Source of the DNA: Eledone cirrhosa
Taxonomy: Eukaryota
Assembly: GCA_964016885.1 (NCBI GenBank)
Contig: OZ024743.1
Span: forward strand, 97,650,001-97,714,000
Direction: 5' to 3'
Length of the DNA stretch: 64,000 nucleotides
Part shown: one piece after another, positions 1 through 12,850 of the stretch
How the letters are laid out: each line of letters starts with the position of its first letter
Position numbering within the stretch: the stretch's first letter is position 1
Program-made: the position numbers and the translations under genes
Notes under the pieces: model-generated
What the model was told of the DNA's origin: nothing
The model's input: the letters and a program-made list of their open reading frames with translations, nothing else
Database searches by the model: none

Positions 1-502
1 TCAAGCAATTTATGTCCGGTTTCACTTCAAAATTATCTTTTGATGGTTAGTGTACTTTTGCTATCAGCTACAACTAATGATGCCAAAAGTCAATTTTAGG
101 CAAAAGTAGTCTGGAAATTGTCCAGTGACCTTTTGTATTTATTAGTCCAATATTAATGGAATGATTGTGAATTTCCATTATATTTTGAAATGAATTATCT
201 ACTTATATATGATCAAATAAGTAATATGACATGACAAGGATTTAAAAATTCAATTAATAGAAACAGAAAAGAATGTTCAATCTATCTTCTCATATATACA
301 TTTCGTTTATAGATTGATCATTAATACTCACGTACATATAAACAAGAGACGATTCTGATATACAAAATAAAGGTTTAGCTTCCTAAATGTTCTCCCTGGA
401 TATATATATATATATACATATATATATATTTATAGTGAAAAAAATTGAAATCGAAAATGCTGCTGCAGTCTTTTTTAAAAAAGATATATAATTATTTGGT
501 TC

Positions 503-538
503 CTTTACCGATTTCGCAGTTCTTTTGCTTTTCAAAAG
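503..538 (-). ncRNA. Hammerhead motif, U3-A8 variant (mirror copy in left arm)
   Basis: Minus strand: ctt TTGAAAA gcaaaagaactgc GAAA tcg GTA aag; stem I ctt/aag. Confidence 0.55.
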
Positions 539-610
539 TAGAATTGAGATGGAGGGTCTGTGGTTTTTCTCACATCTGAGAAAAACCACAGACCCTCCAT
601 CTCAATTCTA

Positions 611-646
611 ATTTTGAAAAGCAGAAGAACTGCGAAACCGGTAAAG
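611..646 (+). ncRNA. Minimal type-I hammerhead ribozyme motif, U3-A8 core variant
   Basis: att TTGAAAA gcag-aagaa-ctgc GAAA ccg GTA aag: stem II gcag/ctgc, palindromic stem III ACCGGT, GUA cleavage triplet. Confidence 0.6.
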
Positions 647-774
647 GAACCAAATAATTATATATCTTTTTTAAAAAAGACTGCAGCTGCATTTTCGATT
701 TCATCTTTTTTTCCTTATACTTTCACTCGTGTAGGGCACTTCGGTTACTTTTCATTTTGTAAAAAAAAAATCAC

Positions 775-832
<58 letters not shown>

Positions 833-1069
833 TTAATATGTTAAATAAATAATTGTTTTTTGAGTTCACCTAGAATTCAAAAGTTAGTTTTGTTCTATTT
901 CATTCCTACTTGAAACTTCGTCTAACATGCAACACGATATCACAGAGGCACTGTCTCTTTCTACATCAATCACTATCATACTAAAATGATATAATATAAA
1001 TATATATATTATATGATATAATATATATATATATATTATATGATATAATATATATATATATATTATATG

Positions 1070-1132
<63 letters not shown>

Positions 1133-2123
1133 TATATAATTAAACGGGAATACTCTATTATACTTGAATGTTAGTATTATCTATCTGAAGGAGCTAAATG
1201 TTCGAGACAATATGATTTTTAAGCCTTCATATTCAAGATATTAGAAGGAGGAGTATGATTTGAAGTAATGCTAAATCTGTTTGTATTAACTAAATACCAA
1301 CCTATTAACCGTACGATTATTCTCTAAATAATGACGTCCATGTCAGCCGATTCATAAATTGATATCGTTTATAGACAAAAATTAAGGAGATTTAAGTATT
1401 CCCCTGTGCATATATTCTTTGTTCTCGTGAAAATATAGTGATAGTATCTTTGATAAGCAACACCACATTTGCTGATCAATATGCATCAGGTTAAAGCATG
1501 CCATGACTCAGATGAAATATATTTTAAAATATTCTGCCAATAAAAACGGAAAGAGAAAAAAAATACGCAAGATTGAAAGAGCCACTGACACTTAACTGAA
1601 TAAGTGGTACTACAGATCCAATACAGTATGGTATTTCAATTTAACTACTTCATCATTTACCATACCCAAAGCATTTTCGATCTGTATTATTTTACAACAC
1701 TTAATCACTTTAATGACAGTGGTCTCCTCTACAACAGATTTTTAGTTCAATCATTTTTTAGACTTATTTTCAGTGTCTATACTGAATATGTGACCCTTTT
1801 AATGTCAAAACAAATATCAATGCTATCTATAGCCTCTATCTAATAAAATGCTTTTTTATTTCGGTGGACAAATTATTTCAAATATTTCTCTTTTGTTTAG
1901 CTTATGCTAAACTGGAGGATATCCACGAAAACTATTTTAAATATGAATATATTAAAATTGGTATGAATAATATTTTACGTTTATATTTATATATTATATG
2001 TGTGTTAGTGTGAGTGTATTGTGATATACATACATATATATGTGTATGAGTGTGAGTGATAGAGTAAGTGTATTGTGATATACATACATATGTATATGTG
2101 TGTGAGTGTGTGCGTGTGCATAT

Positions 2124-2216
2124 AGTTCGTTATTCACGGAACATAAACTTACGGGAATTGATACAAAGACGGGAGATTAAATTAAATATGGAAATTTAAT
2201 CTCTTGTCTTTATAAT
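2124..2216. mobile_element. Small tail-plus-hairpin element among TA/TG repeats
   Basis: aaagacgggagattaaatt ... aatttaatctcttgtcttt inverted arms preceded by a ~40-bp tail. Confidence 0.4.
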
Positions 2217-2234
2217 AAATCACATATATATATA

Positions 2235-2428
2235 AGGGAAAAAAAAGGCAATCGAAAATGTAACTGGAGTCTTATTTTTTTGGCTCCTTTACCGGTTTCG
2301 CAGTTCTTGTGCTTTTCTAAAGTAGATTTGATATGGAGGGTTTGTGGTTTTTGTCGCATCAGATGCGAGTTCGGATCTAGCTGTCGAAACGACCGGAGCT
2401 CAGCCGTCGGCGTCCTGACTCTTTTCCT
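2235..2428. mobile_element. Chimeric mini-element: inverted family-B arm fused to a family-A-like 3' end
   Basis: 2235-2362 aligns to 439-571; 2371-2428 (ttcggatctagctgtcgaaacg...gtcctgactcttttcc) aligns to 12502-12560; TA tracts on both sides. Confidence 0.6.
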
Positions 2429-2449
2429 ATATATAAATATAAATATATA

Positions 2450-2513
2450 CTCTTTTACTCTTTTACTCTTTTACCTGTTTCAGCCATCCGGCTGAGGCCA
2501 TGCTGGGGCACCG
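2450..2513 (-). mobile_element. Retroposon 3' end with (TTTTAC)n-type tail
   Basis: ttttactcttttactcttttacctgtttcagccat...gccatgctggggcaccgc; diverged relative at 39372-39430. Confidence 0.5.
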
Positions 2514-2518
2514 CATAT

Positions 2519-2722
2519 ATATTTATTAAAATAACAGATTAAAGTTTAAGCAAAGAATCACTGCTTTCACCCTTAACGGGATCTTCTGAAACTAACAAAG
2601 TCAATCTGTAAACGCAGAAGTGGATATTTTAATAAATATTTGCTCTACGGTTCTTATATATTTGATATATATTTATCCTTATCGAGCCCTCTTTGGATTT
2701 TAGTCTTCAAATTTATTATTAT

Positions 2723-2725
<3 letters not shown>
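2519..2725 (+). mobile_element. TA-flanked mini-element with short inverted ends and tail (family C)
   Basis: atttattaaaata / tattttaataaat inverted repeat; tail 2638-2715 recurs reverse-complemented at 44162-44241. Confidence 0.5.
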
Positions 2726-2772
<47 letters not shown>

Positions 2773-4183
2773 ATGAAAGGCAAAGTTAACCTCGGCGGGA
2801 TTAAATAATAATAATATTTCAAAATCAGGCAAATACGTCAACTGAATCATGCAATCCAAATCACATTTTGAATTTCATCTGCAGCTTTAGTAGTCGAACA
2901 CCTCACACAACTTTGTTATAATTTTAAATGTCTTTTACAGATTTCCACACAAAAAGAAACAACAAAAATCGATATGTACATCTTAATTTAGAGTTGAATC
3001 GGAACGAAAGGGGTCTATGTGAACATCAGCAAATGGTCGCTTGTAAGGAATGGTGGTGGATGGGGGATTGTACGTGTCAAGAAGATAGAAAACAGTGTGA
3101 TGGGTGGGCATTAGTGAAAGTGTTAATTAGTTTATTCTTTTCAATAGAGACCATAATGGTAGAATAGACGAAGTAAGGGGAAAATAAGAGAGACATTTCA
3201 CAATAAACCGGATGAAATTATTCGGGATGAAGCTTTTAATGGTTGTGTATATATGTATATATGTATATTCGGGAGCCGTATTCCACCGTTTGTCACGCTT
3301 GAACTTTGCGTCACTATCCAATAAGAGATGAAATACGTCATCGCACTATAGGAACCTCATTGTTTTATGTTATCAAAGATAAAATCACCGGAAGAGATAA
3401 TCAGGATTTCATGAAAAATGAAGAAGTGAGTACAACAATTCCCTGTTTAATCAATTGTAATATATTTCAAGACTTTGGATAATTTTGAGTTAAATGATTG
3501 TTTATAAACCTTGGCTAAATTCCCTTTCTCTAGTGATAAGAACAATCTTCTTGATATTAAAATGGTTATTTTTTTACGAACATACGCGGTTTGATTGCCA
3601 AGTAGAAAATTACTTAGCATCGGTGGCAATTATTCCTAAGAGGTTTATCTACCTTAGAAATATTAGAGTTGGAATATATAATAATGAAAATATATCTAAT
3701 AAGTGACGGGACATGGCTAACGATGTAAATAACTACACAAATATATTGTATTTATCGTTTTATAAGAATGTAACATGTAATTTGTGGGGGAATTCTCTGA
3801 TAATTCTACCAGATTATGTGACGGTTTAGAAGCTAAATCTTCGCCAGAGTGTTTAAGCAAACACTTATATTTATAAGTATCTACTCCAAATTTAAAATCT
3901 TTAATTTGTGCACGCTTATAATTTGAAATTTCATGATCAGTTTTGACTAATCTAAAGCTGTTAACACATATAATATCTGGTGTTGAAAAAGTTAAAGAAA
4001 AATATGTCTAAATCTATCTAGATGTTAAATATACATTTAAAACGTGGATGGCTTTTAAGAAAAAAGAATATGTCACAAGTTCAAGGAAGGAGGCTGAGAA
4101 AGACAGAAGCAAATCGAATAACATATTCTCTTTACTTATTTAAAACACACACACACATATACATATATGTATATATATGTATG

Positions 4184-4220
<37 letters not shown>

Positions 4221-4248
4221 GTATATATATGTATATATATATATATAT

Positions 4249-4376
4249 AGGAAAATGTATGACCCCGACTGCTTGAGCTCTACCGTTGGGGTCATACATT
4301 TTCCTATTACTCACTCTACTACCCTAAGTACTCTGGTGCGTTATGGTCCATCTGGTTCCTTACCACAACTCATTCG

Positions 4377-4379
<3 letters not shown>
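4249..4379 (+). mobile_element. Family A fold-back mini-element
   Basis: ggaaaatgtatgacccc...ggggtcatacattttcc hairpin plus tail (...ggtccatctggttccttacc...) between (TA)n. Confidence 0.75.
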
Positions 4380-4452
<73 letters not shown>

Positions 4453-4464
4453 GTGTGTAGGTAT

Positions 4465-4676
4465 AAGAGGTGCAAATTAATTGCGTCCGTGGGCGGTATG
4501 CCGAGGTGAGCACTCGGTGCTCCCGGTGAGCAGAGTATCAAAATAATAATATAATACATTTTTAATTACATATTACATGTTCCAATACTGATCAGCTCGA
4601 GGAACGATCGATTAATGATCGATGCTGACTCTGGAATCAGAAGCTCCTCGGATAGGTGTTCACATGTCGACACGCG

Positions 4677-4680
<4 letters not shown>
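4465..4680 (-). mobile_element. Family D mini-element with degenerate long-stem-II hammerhead (4571-4654)
   Basis: Minus: tat CCGAGGA gcttctgat...atcagtatt GGAAC at GTA ata; tail similar to 28190-28260 and 37012-37045. Confidence 0.55.
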
Positions 4681-4737
<57 letters not shown>

Positions 4738-4930
4738 AGGAAAATGTATGCCACCCGACGGCAGAGCTCAAGCCGTTTCGACGGCTATTTCTGAGTCCAG
4801 AAATAGCCGTCGAAACGGCTTGAGCTCTGCCGTCGGGGTCATACTTTTTCCTATTTCCCACTCTACTACCCTAAGTATTGAGTACTCTGGTGCGTTATGG
4901 TCCATCTGGTTCCTTACCAAAATTCCTTCG

Positions 4931-4933
<3 letters not shown>
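4738..4933 (+). mobile_element. Family A fold-back mini-element
   Basis: ~55-bp arms ggaaaa...gacggctatttctg / cagaaatagccgtc...ttttcc plus ~80-bp tail, in (TA)n. Confidence 0.8.
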
Positions 4934-5010
<77 letters not shown>

Positions 5011-5011
5011 G

Positions 5012-5084
<73 letters not shown>

Positions 5085-5442
5085 TTATATATATATATAT
5101 TTATACATATTCATTAGTTAAGCAAAACAAGACCACAATATCACACATCAATCTAAAACTACTTTTCATATGTTGATTTAAAACTGCACTATCCGCAAGT
5201 GTTTTTAACCTTCATATCATGTCTCCCTATTTTATCTGACGAAAACGCAAATGTTATTGCATGATGATATTTGTTTTTGAAATGCGCATAATAAAATACA
5301 TGGAACTCTTTTAACCATCTTTTGATCATATATATTATTATTTATACTCCAGTCCTACAAACTGTAGAGTGCTACTTATCCGATATCTGCATTGCTTTAT
5401 TGTACTACAATAAAACTTACCTCCTACATATATATATATATA

Positions 5443-5635
5443 TAGGAAAAATATGACCCCGACGGCAGAGCTCAAGCCGTTTCGACGGCTATTTCTGGAC
5501 TGAAATAGCTGTCGAAACGGCTTGAGCTCTGCCGTCGGGGTCATACTATTTCATATTACCCACTCTACTACCCTAAGTATTGAGTACCCTGGTACGTTAT
5601 GGTCCATCTGGTTCCTTACCACAATTCCTTCGTCA
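5443..5635 (+). mobile_element. Family A fold-back mini-element
   Basis: Same arms and tail as 4738-4933 with a slightly different hairpin apex. Confidence 0.8.
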
Positions 5636-5647
5636 TATATATATATA

Positions 5648-5731
5648 GTGACGAAACATAAGTCAATTGAATGAACTCATAATCCTTTATTTACTGCTAT
5701 ATATATTTCGATGATAGCCATTGAATGGCTA

Positions 5732-5735
<4 letters not shown>
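5648..5735 (-). mobile_element. 5'-truncated mini-element ending inside hammerhead stem II
   Basis: Reverse complement of 30817-30905; contains stem II, GAAA-tatata-TA and stem I 3' strand only. Confidence 0.65.
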
Positions 5736-5767
<32 letters not shown>

Positions 5768-5770
<3 letters not shown>

Positions 5771-6030
5771 TACTGAAGTTTCCGTTGAAAATTGAAAGAG
5801 TCATAGTGCTCTATGTAAGTGCCAGAGCTAAATTTAATGTATAATAAACAATACAATATAATTACCTCATTACTAGGGGTTTCCCGAATAAGACGAATAC
5901 GAAAAACGTCCTCATTCGTTCGTCGGATAATGCAATTGCCTTATCCGACGAACGAATGAGGATGTCTTTCGTATTCGTCTTATTCGGGAAACCTCTGGTA
6001 ATGAGGTAATTATATTGTATTGTTTATTAT
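5768..6030. mobile_element. Family E fold-back element
   Basis: ~90-bp near-perfect inverted arms (5840-5930 / 5941-6030) centred near 5935, plus tail 5768-5839; GAAAC-ctctg-GTA half-hammerhead motif in the right arm. Confidence 0.7.
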
Positions 6031-6092
6031 ATATATATAGATAAATAGATAGATATAGATAAATAGATAGATATAGATATAGATATATATTC

Positions 6093-6953
<861 letters not shown>

Positions 6954-7076
6954 TTATATATGTATACTTGTACTTGCACTTGTGTCGACATTCACCCTTG
7001 ACGGTTTGAGCCGGCTCCCTCGTCCTGACGGGAAGAAGCCGGCTCAACCTGTCCAGTATTCATATATATATATATA

Positions 7077-7274
7077 TGAATAACGAAGGAGGTGTGGTAA
7101 AGAACCAGATGGACCATAACGCACCAGAGTACTCAATACTTAGACTAGTAGAGTGGGTAATAGGAAAATGTTTAACCTTGACGACAGAGCTCAAGCCGTT
7201 TCGACGGCTATTTAAGTCCAGAAATAGCCCTCGAAACGGCTTGAGGTCTGCCGTCGGGGTTAAACATTTTCCTA
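7077..7274 (-). mobile_element. Family A fold-back mini-element (tail on left)
   Basis: Reverse complement of the tail followed by the hairpin, ending ttttcc-TA. Confidence 0.8.
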
Positions 7275-7465
7275 TGTATATAAATGTGTATATATATATA
7301 TAAATATATATATAAATGGAAAAGAATGAAACGAAATTTCATTTCGCACTCTTAGTACGGCTGATACTTAAATGTAAGTAAGTATACGTACATACATATA
7401 TGTATACAGATGTACAGTAGTATGTATATATATACATACATGCACACATATATATATATATATAT

Positions 7466-8225
7466 GTCCGTATGGGTTTACCGAACATTTATTATAATGT
7501 TTGGTTTGTTTGTAAAGAAACAGCCCGAATTACGCCGTACAGTGTTTGGGAACCATCGTCGCCTTTTTGTTCAACACTGACAAAAGACCGATGTACTAGA
7601 AAGCTCATTAGCTATCGTCAGCATCGTATACCTTCCTGTCAGATGATTGAACGTTTGAACGTATATACTTTCCTTATGCATATTAACCGCTGAGCAGCCT
7701 AATTTGTATATCGAGTGAGTTAGTCGGCTAACACAAGAATAGAGGTCAGATGTACCTAACAATAACAAGAACAACTACAGATTGGCTTGCCTCAGAACGA
7801 ATTTCTATAGACTTTTGACTGAGGAATGTTCTAACAACTGACCAATGAGAGGAGAAGAGTCCCTTTGACGCTGAAATTCGTTTGTTTGAATTCATATGAT
7901 TGCATTTCCTCAGTGAAATAACAACCCACCAGGAACTGGACATATCAGAGTATTGACAAAGTTATACACCTCAACAACAAGTGTACTCGTCTCTAGCACA
8001 CTAATTCGGAGTGTCTGAAGAGGTTACAGCCAAAGATTGCTGTCACCGAAATATATATAGCAGTAATAAACGAAGCCAAATTTTAAACATTTGACTTATT
8101 TATTTTATTTTATTTTATTTTATTTTACATTACTCCGGAGTAACAAAAACCAACCTGCGCACTTCGTCGAATGCTCCAATCTGCATACTGAGGTGTTGGT
8201 ATACAACCAACATATACTCAAAATT
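7466..8225 (+). mobile_element. Non-coding PLE-like 3' fragment with hammerhead
   Basis: 7905-8130 aligns to 27345-27565; tail 8125-8222 is the reverse complement of 27150-27250; TA-flanked. Confidence 0.65.
8010..8064 (+). ncRNA. Minimal type-I hammerhead ribozyme motif, intact core
   Basis: agtgt CTGAAGA ggttacagc-caaagatt-gctgtcacc GAAA tatata TA gcagt. Confidence 0.75.
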
Positions 8226-8240
8226 TATATATATATATAT

Positions 8241-8838
8241 ACGTTATTCCGGGTTGTATCGGAGGTAACCACAGTAAGTAAGGTACTCAATACATTGCAG
8301 AGTATAACAGTTTTAATATAGATGAGATTCTACAGGACTAGAACTGTTTCATTCTTTAGAAATCATCAGGAATCTGGGTATCAAAAAATAAGTTTCTACT
8401 AAATGACAAAGGCCTAGAGAATTTGGTCTACTGAATTCTCTAGGCCTTTGTCACTTAGTAGAACCTTAAAGAATTTAGCTTTTAAAGAATCTCCCTTTTC
8501 TTTAAATCCATCAACCATGACTGACCCCCAATGATCTTATAGACACCTGTTAGCTTAAGAGAAACTTAAAAATAAGGAGTGGCACACCATCCTGAACTTG
8601 TTTATAGAATTCTTTCTGCCTTTGTTACTCTAAAAATAAACTATAACTTTGAAGAATTAGCTTTTAATGAATTCCCTTTTCTATCAACCAATGACCTACA
8701 CCCTTCCCACTCCCTACCCTCTCCTACCACCTGAAGAGACCTATAAATACCATACTTATTTTTTGATACCCAGATTCCTGATGATTTCTAAAGAATGAAA
8801 CAGTTCTAGTCCTGTAGAATCTCATTTATATAAAAATG
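8241..8838 (+). mobile_element. PLE-like element with inverted terminal arms, tail and nested hairpin
   Basis: Arms 8316-8393 / 8753-8836 nearly identical in inverted orientation; inner hairpin 8394-8463; TA-flanked. Confidence 0.7.
8771..8814 (+). ncRNA. Hammerhead-like motif (mirror copy on minus strand 8333-8376)
   Basis: cagattc CTGATGA t-ttc-taaa-gaa-t GAAA cagt TC tagtc; core intact, stems short and imperfect. Confidence 0.5.
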
Positions 8839-8869
<31 letters not shown>

Positions 8870-11800
8870 ATATACACACACACCAGTTACTTCTGTAATA
8901 TTTCAATGAAAACGAACTCCTGAATAAATATAATTAAAATGTGATTTTGTTGATGTATCGCGACACATTCTTAATCCGCATACATTTTCCTTTGATCTTC
9001 AATTACTTTTCTGACAAAAATATTCTCCGACATTATTATGAATATTTTATTTTATATCTATCTTTAAGAATGTTCAGTACAATTTAAGATATAAAATTAT
9101 GAATTAATTAAACAAATAGTTATATGCATCCTTGGAAATTCTCAAATGTCCGCGTTGGTTACTGCAGAGTTTAACTAAAAGGATATTCAATAGATTTTAA
9201 CACGTTTTATTCCAGAATGAAAATAAATCACGTGTGAATGATACGTTTATTGGAAACTGTTGATCAACCTTTCTCGCTCGCAATATCGTCCTCATGTTCT
9301 AACGTCATATTTATTGTTAATTGCAGATAAGGAAAAGGACATTTTCTATTTGTCATTCCATTACTAATGCTATCTATTTTAGGCACAAGCCCAATAATGT
9401 GAGGGGACGAGAAAGAGAATTATATCGATCTTCAGCCCTTGACGGGTACTTTATTTATCAATCTATACCGCAATTCAAGTAAAATAAAATGAAATATAAA
9501 ATCGTGTTTCATTTTTCGCTCGGTTTGAAACGTTAAACAACCCATATTAATATCATATAAAATGAAAATGTTTAAGATGGCTCCAGCCACTAGCATATAT
9601 TCAGTTTCAATTTATTCATTGTCCAGTTTCGAATACCGCCCTCAACCGCAATATCTTTCATCTTTCTACGATCGTAAAAACTTTACATTGATGTACAGTT
9701 GCGTATGTACAAATTGGTCAGATACGCAAACTATTTAAAAGCTAGAAGGAATCGCATTTCCCCTTTTGATAATCAATAAAGTATAATTATTATTGTGATA
9801 TTTTGTTCTTGAACAGTTCATGTAACTCAGTTGATGTCGCTGTGTTGAAGTTGTTGCCATACAGTAGATATTCTATAGACAAATAGCATCTATCTTCTAT
9901 AACTAATGTATCATGTTGTCGAGTGAGTTAAGTTAACGTCGGGGGATTTTCTTCAACAGTTCGATATGTATGGATCTACTCAAGAAGAGCCTTCGATGAA
10001 AGTCTGAAATCTCACTGTTTTCATTTCAATCATCTTGAGTAACCAGGGACAAAATCCCTGCGTCTTGAAATATGTGATGTCTTGCCAAACACAATTGGAG
10101 CTACAAATGATGGACACACTGGAAAAGACCATATACCAGTGTTAACAATATTAATGCCGAGATTTCTCACAACTATTGCAGTCAGAATCTCTGGCTGGCC
10201 AATGTTATGTCGACTACCTCCACAAAATAAGTAATTCCATTTGCTTTTAGTAGAGCCAACATTAAAATAACGTTTGCATTACTAAGCATTATTCATAGGT
10301 GCAGGGTGAAGTGCCGAAGTGCCATATGGATCTGAGAACTTTTCTCAAGGCGGCCTTTTCTAGTAGGCTTGGGCGATTTGAATTAAACTGTAGATTTGGG
10401 GTGTGTATATAGTAAATTCAAAAGATCTTAATCAGAAATCTATTATTTTTAAATGGCTGATAACAATAATTAGTCCAGGGAAGAAGTAAATAAGTCAAGA
10501 ATAATATAATACTTTTAGAGCATTCAAAAAAGTAAATCAGTATATAAAACGACTAATGAAGAATTATTTTCTGTTTATAGAAAAAAATCTTTTATGTCCA
10601 TACATGGAAAGATCTGAGTTTTCAGATAGTAACAATCAAATGTTTTCTATAAAGTATTTTACGAGAAATGTTTATGTATGTAAGAAAATAGTTTAATGTG
10701 GTAAAGAAAAACGAATAATGTACTAGATTGTATATAATAAAATTTAATATCTTGTATTCTGTGTACTAAATTGTATATTACACCCAAGGGATGTATGTGA
10801 GATGGTCTGCTTTATTGAAAGGCAATGGTAAATAACACTTCGCACTGTTTTGCATATTGAAACATACTTTTGTTTTGTTGTTGAAATCTCTTGGTTTTAT
10901 TGGCAATTTCTTTTGTTTTCTCCGCTAAAAGAGTTTCATGTAACTTGATTAATACAAAATGATAGAATATATTTTAGACTTTAGATTTTTGCCCAATCCG
11001 ATATAATTTTCACCAGCAGCTGCTTATTTTAGTTGCCATTATTCAATAATTATTCGGTCATTACTCGGATTTTTATAACAAATGCATTATAATGGATTTG
11101 CCATGGCATTATATTATTTGGTGAAATACTAGCTTAGAATTAGAAGTAGGTTTTGGTTTGTTTGTGTTTCTTATTTATTTTAAACATAAATAAATGCAAT
11201 TTAATTGTTAATCATGTTAAGACTTATTACATTTACATTGACGTTTAGCTTGATAAATTCATGAAATGTTGACTTTAAGATTATACCTAATACATTATTG
11301 CATTGCCGCCCATTCTCTACAGTAACATACGATCCGTTAAACACCACCAGGTATAGTACAATATGTATTCAAGTTCTAAGGTTTATAGCCATTCTTTATT
11401 ATCTGTACAAATAACAATTTGTCCTAATAGTTGACCTCATTGTATTGCAGGTTTTTATAACATGGGTTTTGATGTGCATAGATAGTCCATTTCCCGAGTT
11501 TTATGCATAAATTTAGTATTATTCGCCATAATCCTAAGTGACAAAGCTTTACAGCTACGTTCTATGCTCAAAGATGAAATATATATATCTTTATAGAATA
11601 GCTTTATTTATTTACCTGCTAATCGCTCTTTCTACTTTTACACACATATCCTTATTTTAATTCTTATGTATTTTATGGCATACATATCAATGTACAACTG
11701 TAAGCTGGTTTTCATAAATTCTGTGTTCGGTTTTTTTTTTTTGGTTTTCTTTTCATGCTTTATTCATTGAAACCCGAAAGAACTGAGTTTTTTTTATTCA

Positions 11801-12119
11801 GAATATAATCATCATTCACACATTTAATGCTTATTCTAGCAATGATGAATGATGTAATGACGTTGCTAGAGGATTTATTTATTTGTGCTGAGAAAACAAT
11901 GTATTACTTTCCTCAATTCTATACAGAATAACAATCATTGTCTCCGAGATTGTGTTTTCCGTCCCAAAATAAGAGGGGAAATGGAATGTAGTGGTGGAAA
12001 GGACTATAAATGCCATAAATGAAAGGAAAGGGGTGGGGGATCAAGGACAACTAGACAAAGGAAGAAATAAAAGGGTGAAGAAGATTATAGACTCTACATG
12101 TAAACCAGAGTGGTGTCTC

Positions 12120-12420
12120 GGCTACACCCCGCAGACAAAATGGCAAAGGAATTTTTGCGGAAAACATCCAGTCCACCTCGGACGGGCTGCTGTCGATCCG
12201 ATTTTACGGAGATCAGCTATCCAGAGTCCTGAGGTCTCACGGTGACCCGTTCAAAGAGGAAGCGGCCGGAAAAGCTCTGGTATTCGCTTATCTTCCTGTC
12301 TTCTGCCACTAAGCTAGAGGTGGAGTACTTGTCAGAGTATGTCACGTCCCAGATTAAGTATTTACTTCCTTCGTAAGGGAAACTAAATCTAATGAAGAAT
12401 TCATCAGGTACGGTATTCAG
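12120..12420 (-). mobile_element. CRE-like non-LTR retrotransposon 3' fragment (restriction-like endonuclease), decayed
   Basis: ORF 12217..12423: PDE...FPYEGSKYLIWDVT...AEDRKISEYQSFSGRFLF, matching the PD..WDVT..AE.RK..KY RLE pattern. Confidence 0.6.
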
Positions 12421-12467
12421 CACTTCACAGGTATATATTGCGTGTTTGCAAGAGTGTGTATATATAT

Positions 12468-12560
12468 AACAATGGAAGTGCGGTAAGAAACCAGGTGGAC
12501 CTTCGGATCTAGCTGTCGAAACGTCTGGAGCTGAGCCGTCGGGGTCCTGACTCTTTTTCT
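12468..12560. mobile_element. Family A-related mini-element (inverted tail plus forward 3' end)
   Basis: cggtaagaaaccaggtggacc joined to gctgtcgaaacg...gtcggggtcctgactc; TA-flanked. Confidence 0.6.
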
Positions 12561-12574
12561 ATATATATATAATG

Positions 12575-12850
12575 GGAAAGGGTAAAGACTCCCTTCGGTC
12601 ACGAATGACGATGGTATTTGCATCTAGAAAGCGCTTCAAGGTGAAAGTCCAGACAAGGTTGTTTGTGGAAGACAAGCAGTCCCCCATGCATACCAGTCTC
12701 CCTTCTCCACACCACCGATGTTGTCCAAGGGAAAGGCAATGGCCAATACAGTTTGGCATGAGTGAAGTTGTAACTAATTTCTACAGCTGGGTGAACTGGA
12801 GCAATGTGAAATAAGGTGTCTTGCTCAAGGAAACAACACATCACCCGGTC
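12575..12850 (-). mobile_element. SINE (second family) partial copy
   Basis: 12778-12850 aligns to 6289-6362 (tttctacagctg...actggagcaatgtgaaataa..gtcttgctcaag...catcacccggtctga). Confidence 0.65.

Larger units (their letters stand above)
435..781 (+). mobile_element. Fold-back (palindromic) PLE-like mini-element, family B, between (TA)n tracts
   Basis: ~135-bp inverted arms (439-571 / 577-712) centred on cacatct, then a unique tail (713-780) ending in (TA)n; HHR motif in each arm; related partial copy at 2235-2362. Confidence 0.75.

Noticed and set aside
383-781. Two near-identical ORFs on opposite strands
   Set aside because: Artefact of the DNA palindrome; no protein features.
1180-1215. 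CTGAAG-gagc-taaat-gttc-GAGAC next to a TA tract
   Set aside because: Two core defects and no stem I; too degenerate to call.
11295-11320. tattgcattgccgccc resembling the miR-92 seed
   Set aside because: Seed mismatch and no precursor hairpin evident.
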